From assembly GCF_006345805.1 (NCBI RefSeq), contig NC_043010.1, positions 55,180,001 to 55,244,000 of the forward strand: 64,000 nt of DNA, read 5' to 3'. Of the stretch, positions 12,251 to 24,054 are shown piece after piece. The notes under the pieces are model-generated. The model was not told the origin of the DNA. It saw nothing but the letters and a program-made list of their open reading frames with translations, and did not search any database. This DNA is from Octopus sinensis (Eukaryota). Each line of letters opens with the position of its first letter. The first letter of the stretch is position 1. A program made the translations under genes and the position numbers.

Positions 12251-12984
12251 CATCTCCATATATAAGTACATATTTTATTTTGTATGTAAACGTTTTATTA
12301 AGAGGGAAAGACAATCCAAATCTACGAAAATTCTCCTAACACAAGCCCAGGTACGCTCGATAATAACACTACAGCCGTCAGTAGAGAAATGCGGAAGACC
12401 TAATTGTTGTATATGCATCAACCTAATTGAGTGATCGGAGTTCTCTTTCAAACAGCGTCAACGTTTTACAGTGAAAGGCAACTCCACATGTGCTTCGGAG
12501 AACCGAATATATGTATTAAATGGGGTTCGAGAGCAATAAATAGGCCAATCCAAAATAGTCTACGCCAAAGGATGGCTCTACATAGATCTCAGATCAAAAT
12601 TCGGGTATACAGAAAAATAGCATTCAGCGAACACAATATTCGTGCCTCTAACACACAACCGAACTTCGGTATGTTTCCCCTCTATAAATTCAGAGAAGAT
12701 GCAACATGTAGTTAGCTCATTAGTACGGGTAATATTTTATCACAAAATATAAACCCCTTCTGAATGCGTCCGCCACAAATGACACTATTATAAGGACCTT
12801 AGAATAATAACTAAGCAAATATAAAAAAAGCGATATATTTAGGACAGTCACTACCCATCAATTTATCCAGAACTATTCCAATCCGTACTATTACAACCAT
12901 AATGGGTCAATTTTAGGTGCTTGACCATTTAAAAGGATTCCACCAACATCCTACTACTGTCATACCACTCACGCATTTTTATTA

Positions 12985-13024
12985 TTCTTTCTCTTCTTCA
13001 TTTCTTCTTCTTCTTCTTCTTCTT

Positions 13025-13064
<40 letters not shown>

Positions 13065-13240
13065 CACTTCTTCTTTTTCTTCTTCTTTTTCTTCTTCTTC
13101 TACTACTACTACTACTACTACTACTACCACTTCTTCTTTTTCTTCTTCTTCTTCTTCTTCTTCTTCTTCTTCTACTACTACTACTAGTACTACTACTTCT
13201 TTTCCTTTTTCTTCTTCTTCTTCTTCTTCTTCTTCTTCGA
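12985..13240. repeat. Compound (CTT)/(CTA) trinucleotide array
   Basis: Direct reading. Confidence 0.95.
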
Positions 13241-13585
13241 CGCCTCTCTTCTCAGCTACCTCTGCTTAAACAATCATAACCAAGAACTGATATAATATAT
13301 TAGGACTGCTACTACCTGATACCTGACTACCTACAACCAACAGAGAGAGTCAGAAAAAAGAAAATGTCCCTTGCATTTGAAGTCTATGGAAATATTTTTA
13401 AAAAAAAAACATTTCATTTAATTTTTCCGCAATTTAATTGTTTCTCATTATTTACTCTAAGTTGAAAAAGTCGCAAAGTCTGAAACTGGTACTAAATTGT
13501 TTTTCATGATAAAATTATTTTAGTATTTTCTACATTGATATATTTTCTTATACATGTCAAACCGTGTGTTCCTTTTCAACCTTCT

Positions 13586-13624
<39 letters not shown>

Positions 13625-13653
13625 ATATATATTATATATATATATATTATATA

Positions 13654-13684
<31 letters not shown>

Positions 13685-13818
13685 AATATATTTATATATA
13701 TGTGTTGTGTTGGTTCTGTGTGGTGCGTTCGTTTTTGCGTTGCGTATTTCTATGTTTGATTCTGCATATCTCTCTCCTCCTAACTCTCTCTCTCTTCCCT
13801 CACACCACCACACACGCT

Positions 13819-13853
<35 letters not shown>

Positions 13854-14439
13854 ATATATATATATTATATATATATATATATATATATTATAAGTGCCTG
13901 GCAATGTACAAGATAGAGATAAAAGCCAATGGAAAATCTAGAAAGACATGGTAATCCCAATGTAACACTGAATCCAAGCTATAGGTTATCTACGCTGTCG
14001 GATTCCAGACTAATATCGAAATTCTTCAGGAGTAGAAAAAATCCAGCTTTCGCAATGCAGATATCGTTTTGTAGATTTAGAGTCGCATAAAGTATAATCG
14101 AAATCAGAAGTCTCTAAGAAAGTCATATCTTTGATGAGCAGTTACAATTTTTTTTCTTTACTATCTATACTTCCAGCGCCAGTTGAGACCGAAATCGGTT
14201 TCCCGTTGATTCCTCTTGATATTGCTGAAGCACAATGTTTCGAAAACTTAACTTCTGACAAAGAATTACTGATACAGATCTAAAGAAGTGCCATTCTAAT
14301 GTTTAAACCTGTAAACATTGCGTAAATTTTAGCTTGGAAACTTTGTGTGAACTAGCATTGGGAGCAAATGCCATACAGAAAGAATTGCATTTGATTATTT
14401 ACCATATGTTGAAGTCTTTCTTTGCCTTGTTATTTGGAT

Positions 14440-14483
<44 letters not shown>

Positions 14484-14484
14484 C

Positions 14485-14515
<31 letters not shown>

Positions 14516-14833
14516 ATATATCTATATAGATATATATATATTATATATATATATATATTATATATCTATCTATCTATCTATCTAATACATCTTCTCTCTC
14601 TCTCCAACAAAATATACTTATATATATATATATAGAAAATAGTAAAAAGTGAAAAAACTACAGAAGGCTTGTTTTAAAAGGTTAAAGAATATATATTTAA
14701 GTCAATATGTCTGAAGAATATTATAAATTTTTTTGTTACAATGACATAGTTTTTTCACTTTTTTATTATTTTCTATATATTCAACCACGTGCTTTCACAA
14801 ACCAACTTTCTTATCTATCTCTCTCTATATATA

Positions 14834-16020
14834 TTGGGTCATTCCATAAATAGTGCGTTTCTTTTTCAATTGCATGAACTGGAACACGGGGAGAAACGGA
14901 ATAAACTACTTGCCTCAACTTGGTATAAAAGCATGTTGTAATTTTCACTTGTGCTTATTCTCAGTGCGAATGTTGAAGAGTGCAGTTCTATTTTAAAAGG
15001 TATTTTTGCAAATCTATAATGGAAGTGAGAAAGGGACGTATTCAGCATTTTTTGTTTAATGAGTTCAATAAAAGCAATAATGCGAGGAATATTAAGGCAT
15101 TATTTATATGCGGATCAGACAACAAGAGTAAGCCAGTGTTAACGGTAGATACAGAGATTTCGAACTACAGCTTAGCAGACGAGCCACAGCTGAAATATCT
15201 ATGGAGCTTGACGAGGACGTAGTGCAAACCCTCGTAGAACAACCCTCATCGTAAGCGTTGAGATTCTTGGAATTGATCATTCAACAAATCATCGACACTT
15301 GCGTGTCATCGGAAAACTTAGCAATTTTGGCTGCTCAGAAACTTTCCTATTCTAATCACGCACAGAGAGTGAATGTGTGCCCTTTTCGCTATCACTTCTC
15401 ATGAACGAACCTGTTTGGGAACGAACAGTGGCTAATGCCGAACAATGGTTTCTCTATCAAAATGTCAAGCGCCGAAGACAGTTGGTAGGGAAGGGCAAAG
15501 ACCGGCAGGTCTTCACCGGTGTGTTGTCATTTGTTTCAAAGTCTTAGTTCACTTTAAAATTTTAAACCCAAACCAAACGATAACAAAGGTGATCTAATCC
15601 GAGCAGTTTCAGCGATTTAAATCAACGCTAAAAGAAAATCAATCATATTTGATTTCAAGACAGCCACGTACCGAGGGGACGACACTCCAGAGGCTGGAGC
15701 AATTTGTACAAGGAATGATACCCCTTCCATCATATTCGCCGGGCATAGCCCCACAAGATTATCATTTATTCCGCAGTCTTCAAAATCATTTGGACGGAAA
15801 ACATATGAATTATGCAGATGAGGTCACAAGAGTAATGGGGGAATATTTTCCGTCATGGACGAGTAAATTTCAGAAGAGAGGCCTTGCGAGTCTATCAGAT
15901 AAATGGAAGAGCATTGTAGAAAACGAAGGAGAATATATTTTATATTGAGAATGATCTCTGTCCATCTTAATTTTCAAAAATAAAAGCATTAAACAATAAT
16001 ATTATTTATGGCTGACCCAA
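14834..16020 (+). mobile_element. Near full-length decayed mariner element (1187 bp)
   Basis: TA|ttgggtcattccataaat ... atttatggctgacccaa|TG imperfect TIRs; broken transposase from ATG 15019 (MEVRKGRIQHFLFNEFNK) to 15948 including YSPGIAPQDYHLFRSLQNHL (YSPDLAPSDYHLF motif); multiple frameshifts and deletions. Confidence 0.92.
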
Positions 16021-16130
16021 TGTCTCTCTATCAATCTATCTATTTATCAATGGATATATATATGTATACATATATTTGTATATGTATAATGTAGAATAAT
16101 ATGTAAATACATACATACATACATATATAT

Positions 16131-16198
<68 letters not shown>

Positions 16199-16243
16199 TA
16201 TATATATCCCTGTAAGTATATATATACATATATATGTAATATG

Positions 16244-16277
<34 letters not shown>

Positions 16278-16566
16278 GAGAGAGAGAGAACACGTATGAA
16301 ACGGAGCAGAATGGATGGATTTATGCATTGCTACAATGAATTTCACTCTTCTAATCTCAGTGTGTCCATTATGATATATCACAGAGATGTAAAATCAGGC
16401 GAAGAGGAAAGGAAAAAAATATAATTTAAAAGTATGCATGTGTGCATATGTATGTATGCATGTATGTATGTATGTACGAATGCATCTATCTCTCTCTCTC
16501 TCTGTATATATATATATATATATATGCACATATATTTGTATATGTATAAGTATATTTATTAGATTT

Positions 16567-16604
<38 letters not shown>

Positions 16605-17422
16605 ATATATGTGTGTGTGTGTGTGTGTGTGGTGTGTGTGGGGGGTGTATAATCGTATGTGCATTTGAGTGTGTGCGGGAGAGTATGCTTAACTGCTAAC
16701 GGTGGAAGTTTGGTGAGATAAATGTGGTGCGAGAATTTCTAAATGATTTCCAAATATAAAAGATAGGTTAACAACTAAAGAGCAGTGATGAAAATAGTGA
16801 GTGAGACACTACGTTAGAATAGCTTTTGCGTGCGTATGACTGATTCTGAATGTATTCTTGTACAATAATAATTCCAGGTAGTCTATGCTTACAATGAACA
16901 AGAAGAGGTCAGAGGTTGCGTGATTTGAAGCAGAAGTAATAGATTTACATAAAGTGCACGTGCCCCCCATGTTATATGCGTATGCTATATACCTACGTAT
17001 CACCACACATATGAACAAACATTACACAAACATGTATGCATATATACATGTATGTGCACATATATATGCATGTTTGTGTGTATATATATATATACATATA
17101 TATACATATATACATATATAATGTATGTTATGCCCCTCTATATTAAATTAGTATGTTCAATAAGAAATAATTTATTTTCGAAATTTTTCTCTTATGAGGT
17201 TTTCACGCTATCTACCTGACAATTCTTCTTGTTAAGTTTACCTTATTAGTAGTTGTCCTTAATTGCTAAATTTTATTCCGAAAAACTTTTCCTTTCCCGA
17301 AATGCAATTCGTAAAAGTTTGCCATTACAGGATGTTAATATATAAACTCACCCATGTGCTTCGTTGATGTTGATCAGTAGCTGATCGGCTTAAGGTGACA
17401 GTCGTTTATTTATGATACATTC

Positions 17423-17470
17423 AGGCCTGCTGATGAATACGTAAGTATGAAATCACTGTGATACAGGTCT
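17423..17470 (+). ncRNA. Type I hammerhead ribozyme, intact core
   Basis: aggcctg-CUGAUGA-auac(guaa)guau-GAAA-ucac(u)gug-AUA^-caggucu: 7-bp stem I (one GU), 4-bp stem II with GNRA loop, palindromic stem III, AUA cleavage triplet. Confidence 0.85.
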
Positions 17471-17812
17471 AATTTTTCTAAATGTCTTACTTTGAAAAAT
17501 TGCATCGGTGGGATTAAGTAAATTTTGGTAGAAATGACTAATTGTCCCTCTTAGCGTGTGGCATGTATGTATAATGCCCTCTATATATAATTAATATATA
17601 CATATATATATATTATTATATATTTATTATAAATATAGCATACACATATGTAATTTATATATTCATTCGACTGTGTTTCGATATATTTTCGCACTTCCAT
17701 TGCGTTTGGGACGTTAAGGTTATTTCATATATCTCTAAAAATACAAGCATAAATTATGACTTACTCCCTTGCGCATCCAAATAGAATATATATATATATA
17801 TATATATGTATA

Positions 17813-17966
17813 GCCGTAGGTGTGGCTGTATTGTAAGTAGGTTACAACATGGTTCCGGGTTCAGTTCCAATGAGTGGCACTTTGGGCAAGTGTCTTCTAC
17901 TATAGCCTCGGGTTTACCAAAGCCTCGTGAGCGGATTTGATAAACGGAAACTGAAAGAAGCCCGTC

Positions 17967-17970
<4 letters not shown>
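17813..17970 (+). mobile_element. SINE family B head
   Basis: gccgtaggtgtggctgtattgtaag...ggttccgggttcagttcc...gaaactgaaagaagcccgtcgtatata. Confidence 0.9.
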
Positions 17971-18000
<30 letters not shown>

Positions 18001-18217
18001 CTCTTTTACTTGTTTCAGTCTTTTGACTGCCGCCATGCTGGAGCACCGCCTTTAATCGAGCAACTCGAACCCGGGACTTATTATTTTGTAAGCCCAGTAG
18101 TACTTATTTCTATCGTCTCTTTTGCGACCGCTAGGTGACGGGGACATAACACACCCAGCAATCGGTTGTCAGGCAATGCTAGAGGGACAAAACACAGACA
18201 CACAACACGCACATGCA

Positions 18218-18259
<42 letters not shown>

Positions 18260-18430
18260 TACGACGGGCTTCTTTTTTGCAGTTTCCGTCTACCCAATCC
18301 AGCTCACACACAGGCTTTGGTCGCCCGATGCTATAGTAGAAGACACTTGCCCAGGTGCCACGCAGTGGGACTGACGCCGGAACCATGGGGTTGGTAAAGA
18401 AGCTACTTACCACATAGCCACACCTGCGCC
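18001..18430 (-). mobile_element. Full SINE family B copy
   Basis: Minus strand: ggcgcaggtgtggctatgtggtaag head, internal TA tract, 3' part ending cagtcaaaagactgaaacaagtaaaagag. Confidence 0.9.
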
Positions 18431-18454
18431 TATATAAATATATATATATGTGTT

Positions 18455-18660
18455 TGTGTGTGTGTGTGCCCCCCCCCAAACATCGCTTGACAACCGATGG
18501 TGGTGTGTTTACGTCCCTTTCACATAGCGGTTCGGCAAGAGAGGCCGATAGAATTAGTACTTGTGTTACAAAGACTAAGTCCTGGGATCGATTTGCCCGA
18601 CTAAAAGCGGTGTTCCAGCATGCCCGCAGGCAGATGACGGAACAAATAAAAGAATAAAAG
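18455..18660 (+). mobile_element. SINE family B 3' half
   Basis: gcttgacaaccgatggtggtgtgtttacgtccc...ggcggtgttccagcatg-type body. Confidence 0.8.
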
Positions 18661-18692
18661 AATATATATACACACACACAGATATATATATA

Positions 18693-18792
18693 NNNNNNNN
18701 NNNNNNNNNNNNNNNNNNNNNNNNNNNNNNNNNNNNNNNNNNNNNNNNNNNNNNNNNNNNNNNNNNNNNNNNNNNNNNNNNNNNNNNNNNNN
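18693..18792. other. Assembly gap (100 N)
   Basis: Direct reading. Confidence 1.
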
Positions 18793-19595
18793 TTTGTCGC
18801 TGCGACACGAAGAAATATTTTTAGACTGTGCATGATTTTAAGTTTGCAGTATAGAATTTATTGTATCTCACACGATTTGCAAACTGTGTTTTGAGTGTGA
18901 TGGAATTAACTGAAATAAATCAGAAAATAGACGCAATAAAATTCGGAATAAAATCCCTGGTAAGGAAACAGGTTTTGGAAGTTGTGGCGGTGGTGGAATA
19001 TATAATATCAAATCAGAACAAAAAAAAATAATATTATTAGAGAGAACAAAAACTCAATAGGATTGAAAGAAAAGAGGAAACAGAGAAAATTTAACACGAA
19101 AGGGCATCATTTGAGCCACAAGAGAAATGTGTATCTCCATCCCTCCATCAATCCATCCATCCATCCATCTATACATACATATTAATTCACTCGTATATAC
19201 AAACCTGTAAATATATATATATACTCGCACACACTCACACACATATATTGATAATAATGAGGAGGATGCAGAGTCTCCACACATATAATTTTGTTAAACA
19301 GTTATTCACCGGGAAAATGCTGTAAGTAACTTTTAAATGAAATGAGATGTGGAAAATCGCCGTTCTCCTTATTATTATTAATACCATTAATTACTTAACA
19401 GAACCGATGCAGTCCGCATTAGGACGCTAGGATTTACTCAGCGAGAACTGTTGCCAGATTATAGCAACTTATTGTTAACTTGGTTATCATTACAGGTCCA
19501 TTGTGGTTAGACGGCATACGAAATAAATTTAGAGGGTAACACGGTAACCCCGAAAATTATATTATTAAATTCATACATACACACCCACCCACATA
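18793..19595 (+). repeat. Copy 1 of ~805-bp near-identical duplication (copy 2 at 25886-26691)
   Basis: Both start tttgtcgctgcgacacgaag and differ by only a handful of substitutions/indels. Confidence 0.95.
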
Positions 19596-19631
19596 CACAC
19601 ACACCCACATACACACACACACACACACAAC

Positions 19632-19686
<55 letters not shown>

Positions 19687-19777
19687 TTTTAAATAGAAGA
19701 TCAATGAAAATTAGTCAAATAAAATAATGACTAAAAATGCATGTGTTCTCAAATACCGTCCGCACCCTGTATGCATA

Positions 19778-19820
<43 letters not shown>

Positions 19821-20165
19821 TAATTATATATAATATATATATATAGATTGTGTGCATTTAAACACAAGACAAATTACCTTAAACAGAAGAAGCAGTCGGA
19901 ACGACCGAAACCACTTTTAGGATCAATTTCGAAGGGAATGAAAAATAAAAATTTACCTTGTTGTATTTTTTACCTTGCTTCGGTCGTTTAGACTGCCTCT
20001 TCTAGCAAGTAAAATTACCTGTTAAAGGTAATTTCTCTTATGTTTAAAAATACACTATTCTATATTGGGAATATGTTGTCTATTGACATTGTATACGTGC
20101 TAGACCACTGGTAGTAAAATTTCTATAAATATTCGCTGCCCTATGTATTTTACGTATTATATATA

Positions 20166-20421
20166 CATATTCTGTTCTGCCTGGGGAGAGTCATTCTCTT
20201 TTAGTACCTTATTATTTAACACACTCACCGGTAAAATTTCCACTTATTTCGTCTTTTTATTTCCATAAAATTTTTGTTGCGTCGTGCAACCTTTTCAATA
20301 CTCTTTTACTAAAAGATTATAGGAAAATAAAAAGACAAAATAAGTGGAAATTTTACCGGTAAGTGTGATAAATAATAAAGTACTAAAGAGAATGACCTCT
20401 CCCCAGACACAACAGAATATG
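20166..20421. repeat. Inverted repeat, ~110-bp arms, 35-nt spacer
   Basis: 20166-20275 is the reverse complement of 20311-20421; a diverged single arm occurs at ~42445-42590. Confidence 0.88.
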
Positions 20422-20479
20422 CTTCAACACACGACTCACATAAATAATCTTGCAAACCGAATCCAAAAACGAAATATAC

Positions 20480-20538
<59 letters not shown>

Positions 20539-20544
<6 letters not shown>

Positions 20545-21797
20545 AAACCAGAAGAAACTACCAAATACATCCATACCTCTTCCAACCATCCACCCTGTAA
20601 TTAGCACCACGGTCCAAGCCATCTCAGACAGACTGACAAAACTATCCTCTAATAGAGAAATTTTCAATAATCATGCACAACACTACAACCAGGCTCTCTA
20701 TAGTGCCGGGTATAACCAGAGAATATCATATGTAGACCACCCGGGAGCGTCCGTCGGCCATAAGACTCCCAATTATAATCGAACTCAGCACTCAACTCAC
20801 ACTAGCGATAATTCTAATTTAAACTCCAAACAACGTATAGGAAATAGGCGAACTAATAGAACAGCACACAATAGTACCCCTCCCGACGAGAGCAATATAG
20901 ATCCTATTAGGAGAAATAGAAGGATAATAGTAGATTACGCAAATATATATGGTTCAACATACCTTTCAACTTAGCAGTTAGGGGTAAGTTATGTAAGAGA
21001 ATATTCTCTATAATTTCCAACAACTTCCCACCCACCCACAAGTATAGAAGTATCTTCTCCAACAAAACTATTAGGATTTCCTACTCTACCCTGCCCAACA
21101 TGAGCTGCCTCATAGCTAAACATAACTATATTAATATTAGAACAGCTAGATCAAGAGCAAACCATAGCGACCAACAGAACCCCCCTCATCCAGACAGTAG
21201 ACAATATAACCAGACTGGCAGCCATACTACCCAAACAGTTAGTAATAACACCCGCCAACACAACAGAGGAAATACTACACCCATCAACACCAGGAGGATA
21301 CCAACGCCCCCACTCGTATTGCAACACCTCCGCCTGGGATTAGCAGCACACGACCGAACAATGCAATGCAATGCAACTGCAGATGTGCATCAGAGTGCCC
21401 GCTGCAGGGCGCATGTAGGGCGAAAAACGTAATATACTCATGTGAGGTGAGTACTCAGTTTAACACACTCACCTATATTGGTTGCTCAACCTCCTGGAAA
21501 TCCAGATACTACAACCACCGGTCCTCGCTGAGACACAGACATAAGGCTAACAGCACCTCCCTCTCTAAAAGAATTTGGGAATTAAAAGACAAATGCATAG
21601 GCTTCAAACTCAGATGGTCCATCATCGGATCAGCTGCACCTTATTTAAATAATAGAGCAGGATGCCAACTATGCTGTGTAGAACTCCTTAACATCTTGAA
21701 ATTCAAAGACAAACACAATCTTATTAACAAAAGGTCAGAGTTCAAACCATCCTGTATACATAAACTTATTAATACTTTCAAATACTACAATGCTTAG
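20539..21797 (+). mobile_element. Penelope-like retroelement, 3' part (RT thumb, linker, GIY-YIG endonuclease), 5'-truncated and frameshifted
   Basis: YRKPEETTKYIHTSSNHP and AISDRLTKLSSNREIFN...YNQALYSAGY (RT thumb); IFSNKTIRISYSTLPNM; open ORF 21366-21797 CNCR..ECPLQGAC..KNVIY...TYIG...WKSRYYNH...STSLSKRIW.LK...C.LC..E...I...K.NLINKRSE...C.H, typical PLE GIY-YIG. Confidence 0.93.
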
Positions 21798-23776
21798 GTC
21801 TTATACCAACTCCCCCATGCAATTTCCTCCCACCCGGTTCAACCTGTCGGCTCCAGCACATCCCGCTTTCCTATATGTGCGTGTATATGTGTATGTGTGT
21901 GTGTGTGCGTATGTATGTGCACATACGTGTACGTATGTGTACATATACATATATATGTACATGTGCGTGTGTGGTGTGTGTGTGGGTGTGTGTACGTGCA
22001 TATAGGGTTCCCTGCATTTTCCCCCTATATATACAAATTTTGTCTCCCATATATGACTTCTTTTCCCTAAATATTTCTTCTCCTACACCTATATCCTCCC
22101 TATGTAGTCTCTTTAATCCCCTATATCTATACCCTTTCACATTTCTAACTCAGATGTTGAACGCACACCGCCAAACTCCACTTCCCACCCTTCCAATTTT
22201 CAGTTCCCCCCGCCCGCCCCTACGTTTAACACACACCTCTAACTTTCAACCACCTTCATCTCATGTTAAACTTTACAAAATTATATTTTTATCTTATTTT
22301 ATTTTATTTTTATTTTTACTTTTATTTTTACTTTTATCCTACTTCTATTTATTTTTATTTTTAATTTTATTTTTACTTTTATTCTACTTCCATTTATTTT
22401 CATTTTCATTTTCATCCCTTACCTTAACTCTTATAATTTTTATAATTCTTATACTTCATTTCTAACTATTACATTGTATTTCTTATTTTATACTGTATTT
22501 TTTATTTCTAATCTTTACCCTTACCCTCATTCTTACCCCTAACTTATCGCTTTACACCTCTATATATGTTTATTTGCTTACCTATGGATCCACCTTTTGA
22601 ATATACGAGCGAACGCGTACGTGTGTATACGCATACATACATATGCACGCGCATATATGTACATGCATACTTCGATATCTTATAGCTATACCCATGTGCG
22701 CGTGTGTCTCTGTGTGTGTATATGAGTGTATATGTGCACGCACATACGGACACACAGCCGTGTGTGCGTGCGCGTATTGACATGAGTACGGGATTCTTTA
22801 CATACGTTCTTATACACATCCTTTAATATCTTATACCTGGACCTAGAGGCGTGGGCATATACGTGTGTGTATGTAGTGATGGGCGCGCGTATATACATGT
22901 GAGCGTGTACGCGCGTAATGTCCGTGTATATATGCGGATATTCTGTTGTATGTATGTGTGTGTACGCGCGTGCGTGTGGGTGCGTGTGGTTTATGTACGT
23001 GTTTACACGCGAGTGCGTGTGTATGCTTATAGGCTTGGAGGCGTATATGTACGCGTGTATGTGGGTGTATATATCCATGATGATATGTATGTACTAGAAG
23101 TCCATTTAATTCAAGGAACCAGATAAATGCTCATCAGCTCTGATTTACAACGCATTAAGTCCCCAGACGAAACTGTTGATGTACTGACAATTCTACAACT
23201 AAATTTTATCAATCTCCTGACCACCATGCTTGGTCCATAACCTCTATACATCCCTTATCTTTACATTCTTTTACACTTTTATCATGTTTTTATCAGGTTT
23301 TTTTACTTTTATTTCTATTTCTATTTTTACTTTATATTTCTTTATACCCCCCTTACATCTCCTTACAACTCTTTATCCTCTACATTTTTATATTATTCTA
23401 TTTTATTCCTTAAATATTGTTTCGAGGCAATATTATTCAATAAAGTAATGCAGAATGTAAAAAAAAATCAGAGAAAATGCAAGTGATGAAACAATGAAAG
23501 TGTAACTATCAAAGATGGAATTTTTAGATGGTGTATTTTGTTTGTTTGTTTTTTTTTATTTTCTTCCGCATTTGTTTAGTGTGTACGAGAGAACGTGTCT
23601 CTCTCCCCTTCATATATTACACCTTTTAATTCTAATTTTGTTTTTTGATGCATGTTCGTGCCTGTTCATTGGAATAATTCTGGCTCTCTTCTCACTCTTC
23701 CAGTCTCTCCCCATTCTCTCCCAACTCCCTCTCTCTAGACACAAGTACCACATATCAGTGATCTATCCTTGTGTGT

Positions 23777-23832
<56 letters not shown>

Positions 23833-23874
23833 ATATATATATATATATATGATATTATACATACATCTGTATTT

Positions 23875-23985
23875 TATCATTTTATTTGTTTCAGTCATTT
23901 AATTGCGACCATGTGGGAGCACCGTCTTTAGTCGAACAAATCGAACCCAGGACTTATTCTTTCTAAGCCTAGTACATATACTATC
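23875..23985 (-). mobile_element. SINE family B 3' fragment
   Basis: ttatttgtttcagtcatttaattgcgaccatgtgggagcaccg...gggacttattctttctaagcctagtac-type sequence. Confidence 0.7.
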
Positions 23986-24054
23986 GGGTTTTAAAACGTT
24001 TTCTCTCTCACCTGATTTAATATAATCTCTCTTCTATTTCGAGATTTGTAGGTT

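Noticed and set aside
23120-23190. ctcatcag and cGAAACtgttgatGTActga at the 3' side of the PLE
   Set aside because: The two half-motifs are on opposite strands; no same-strand core
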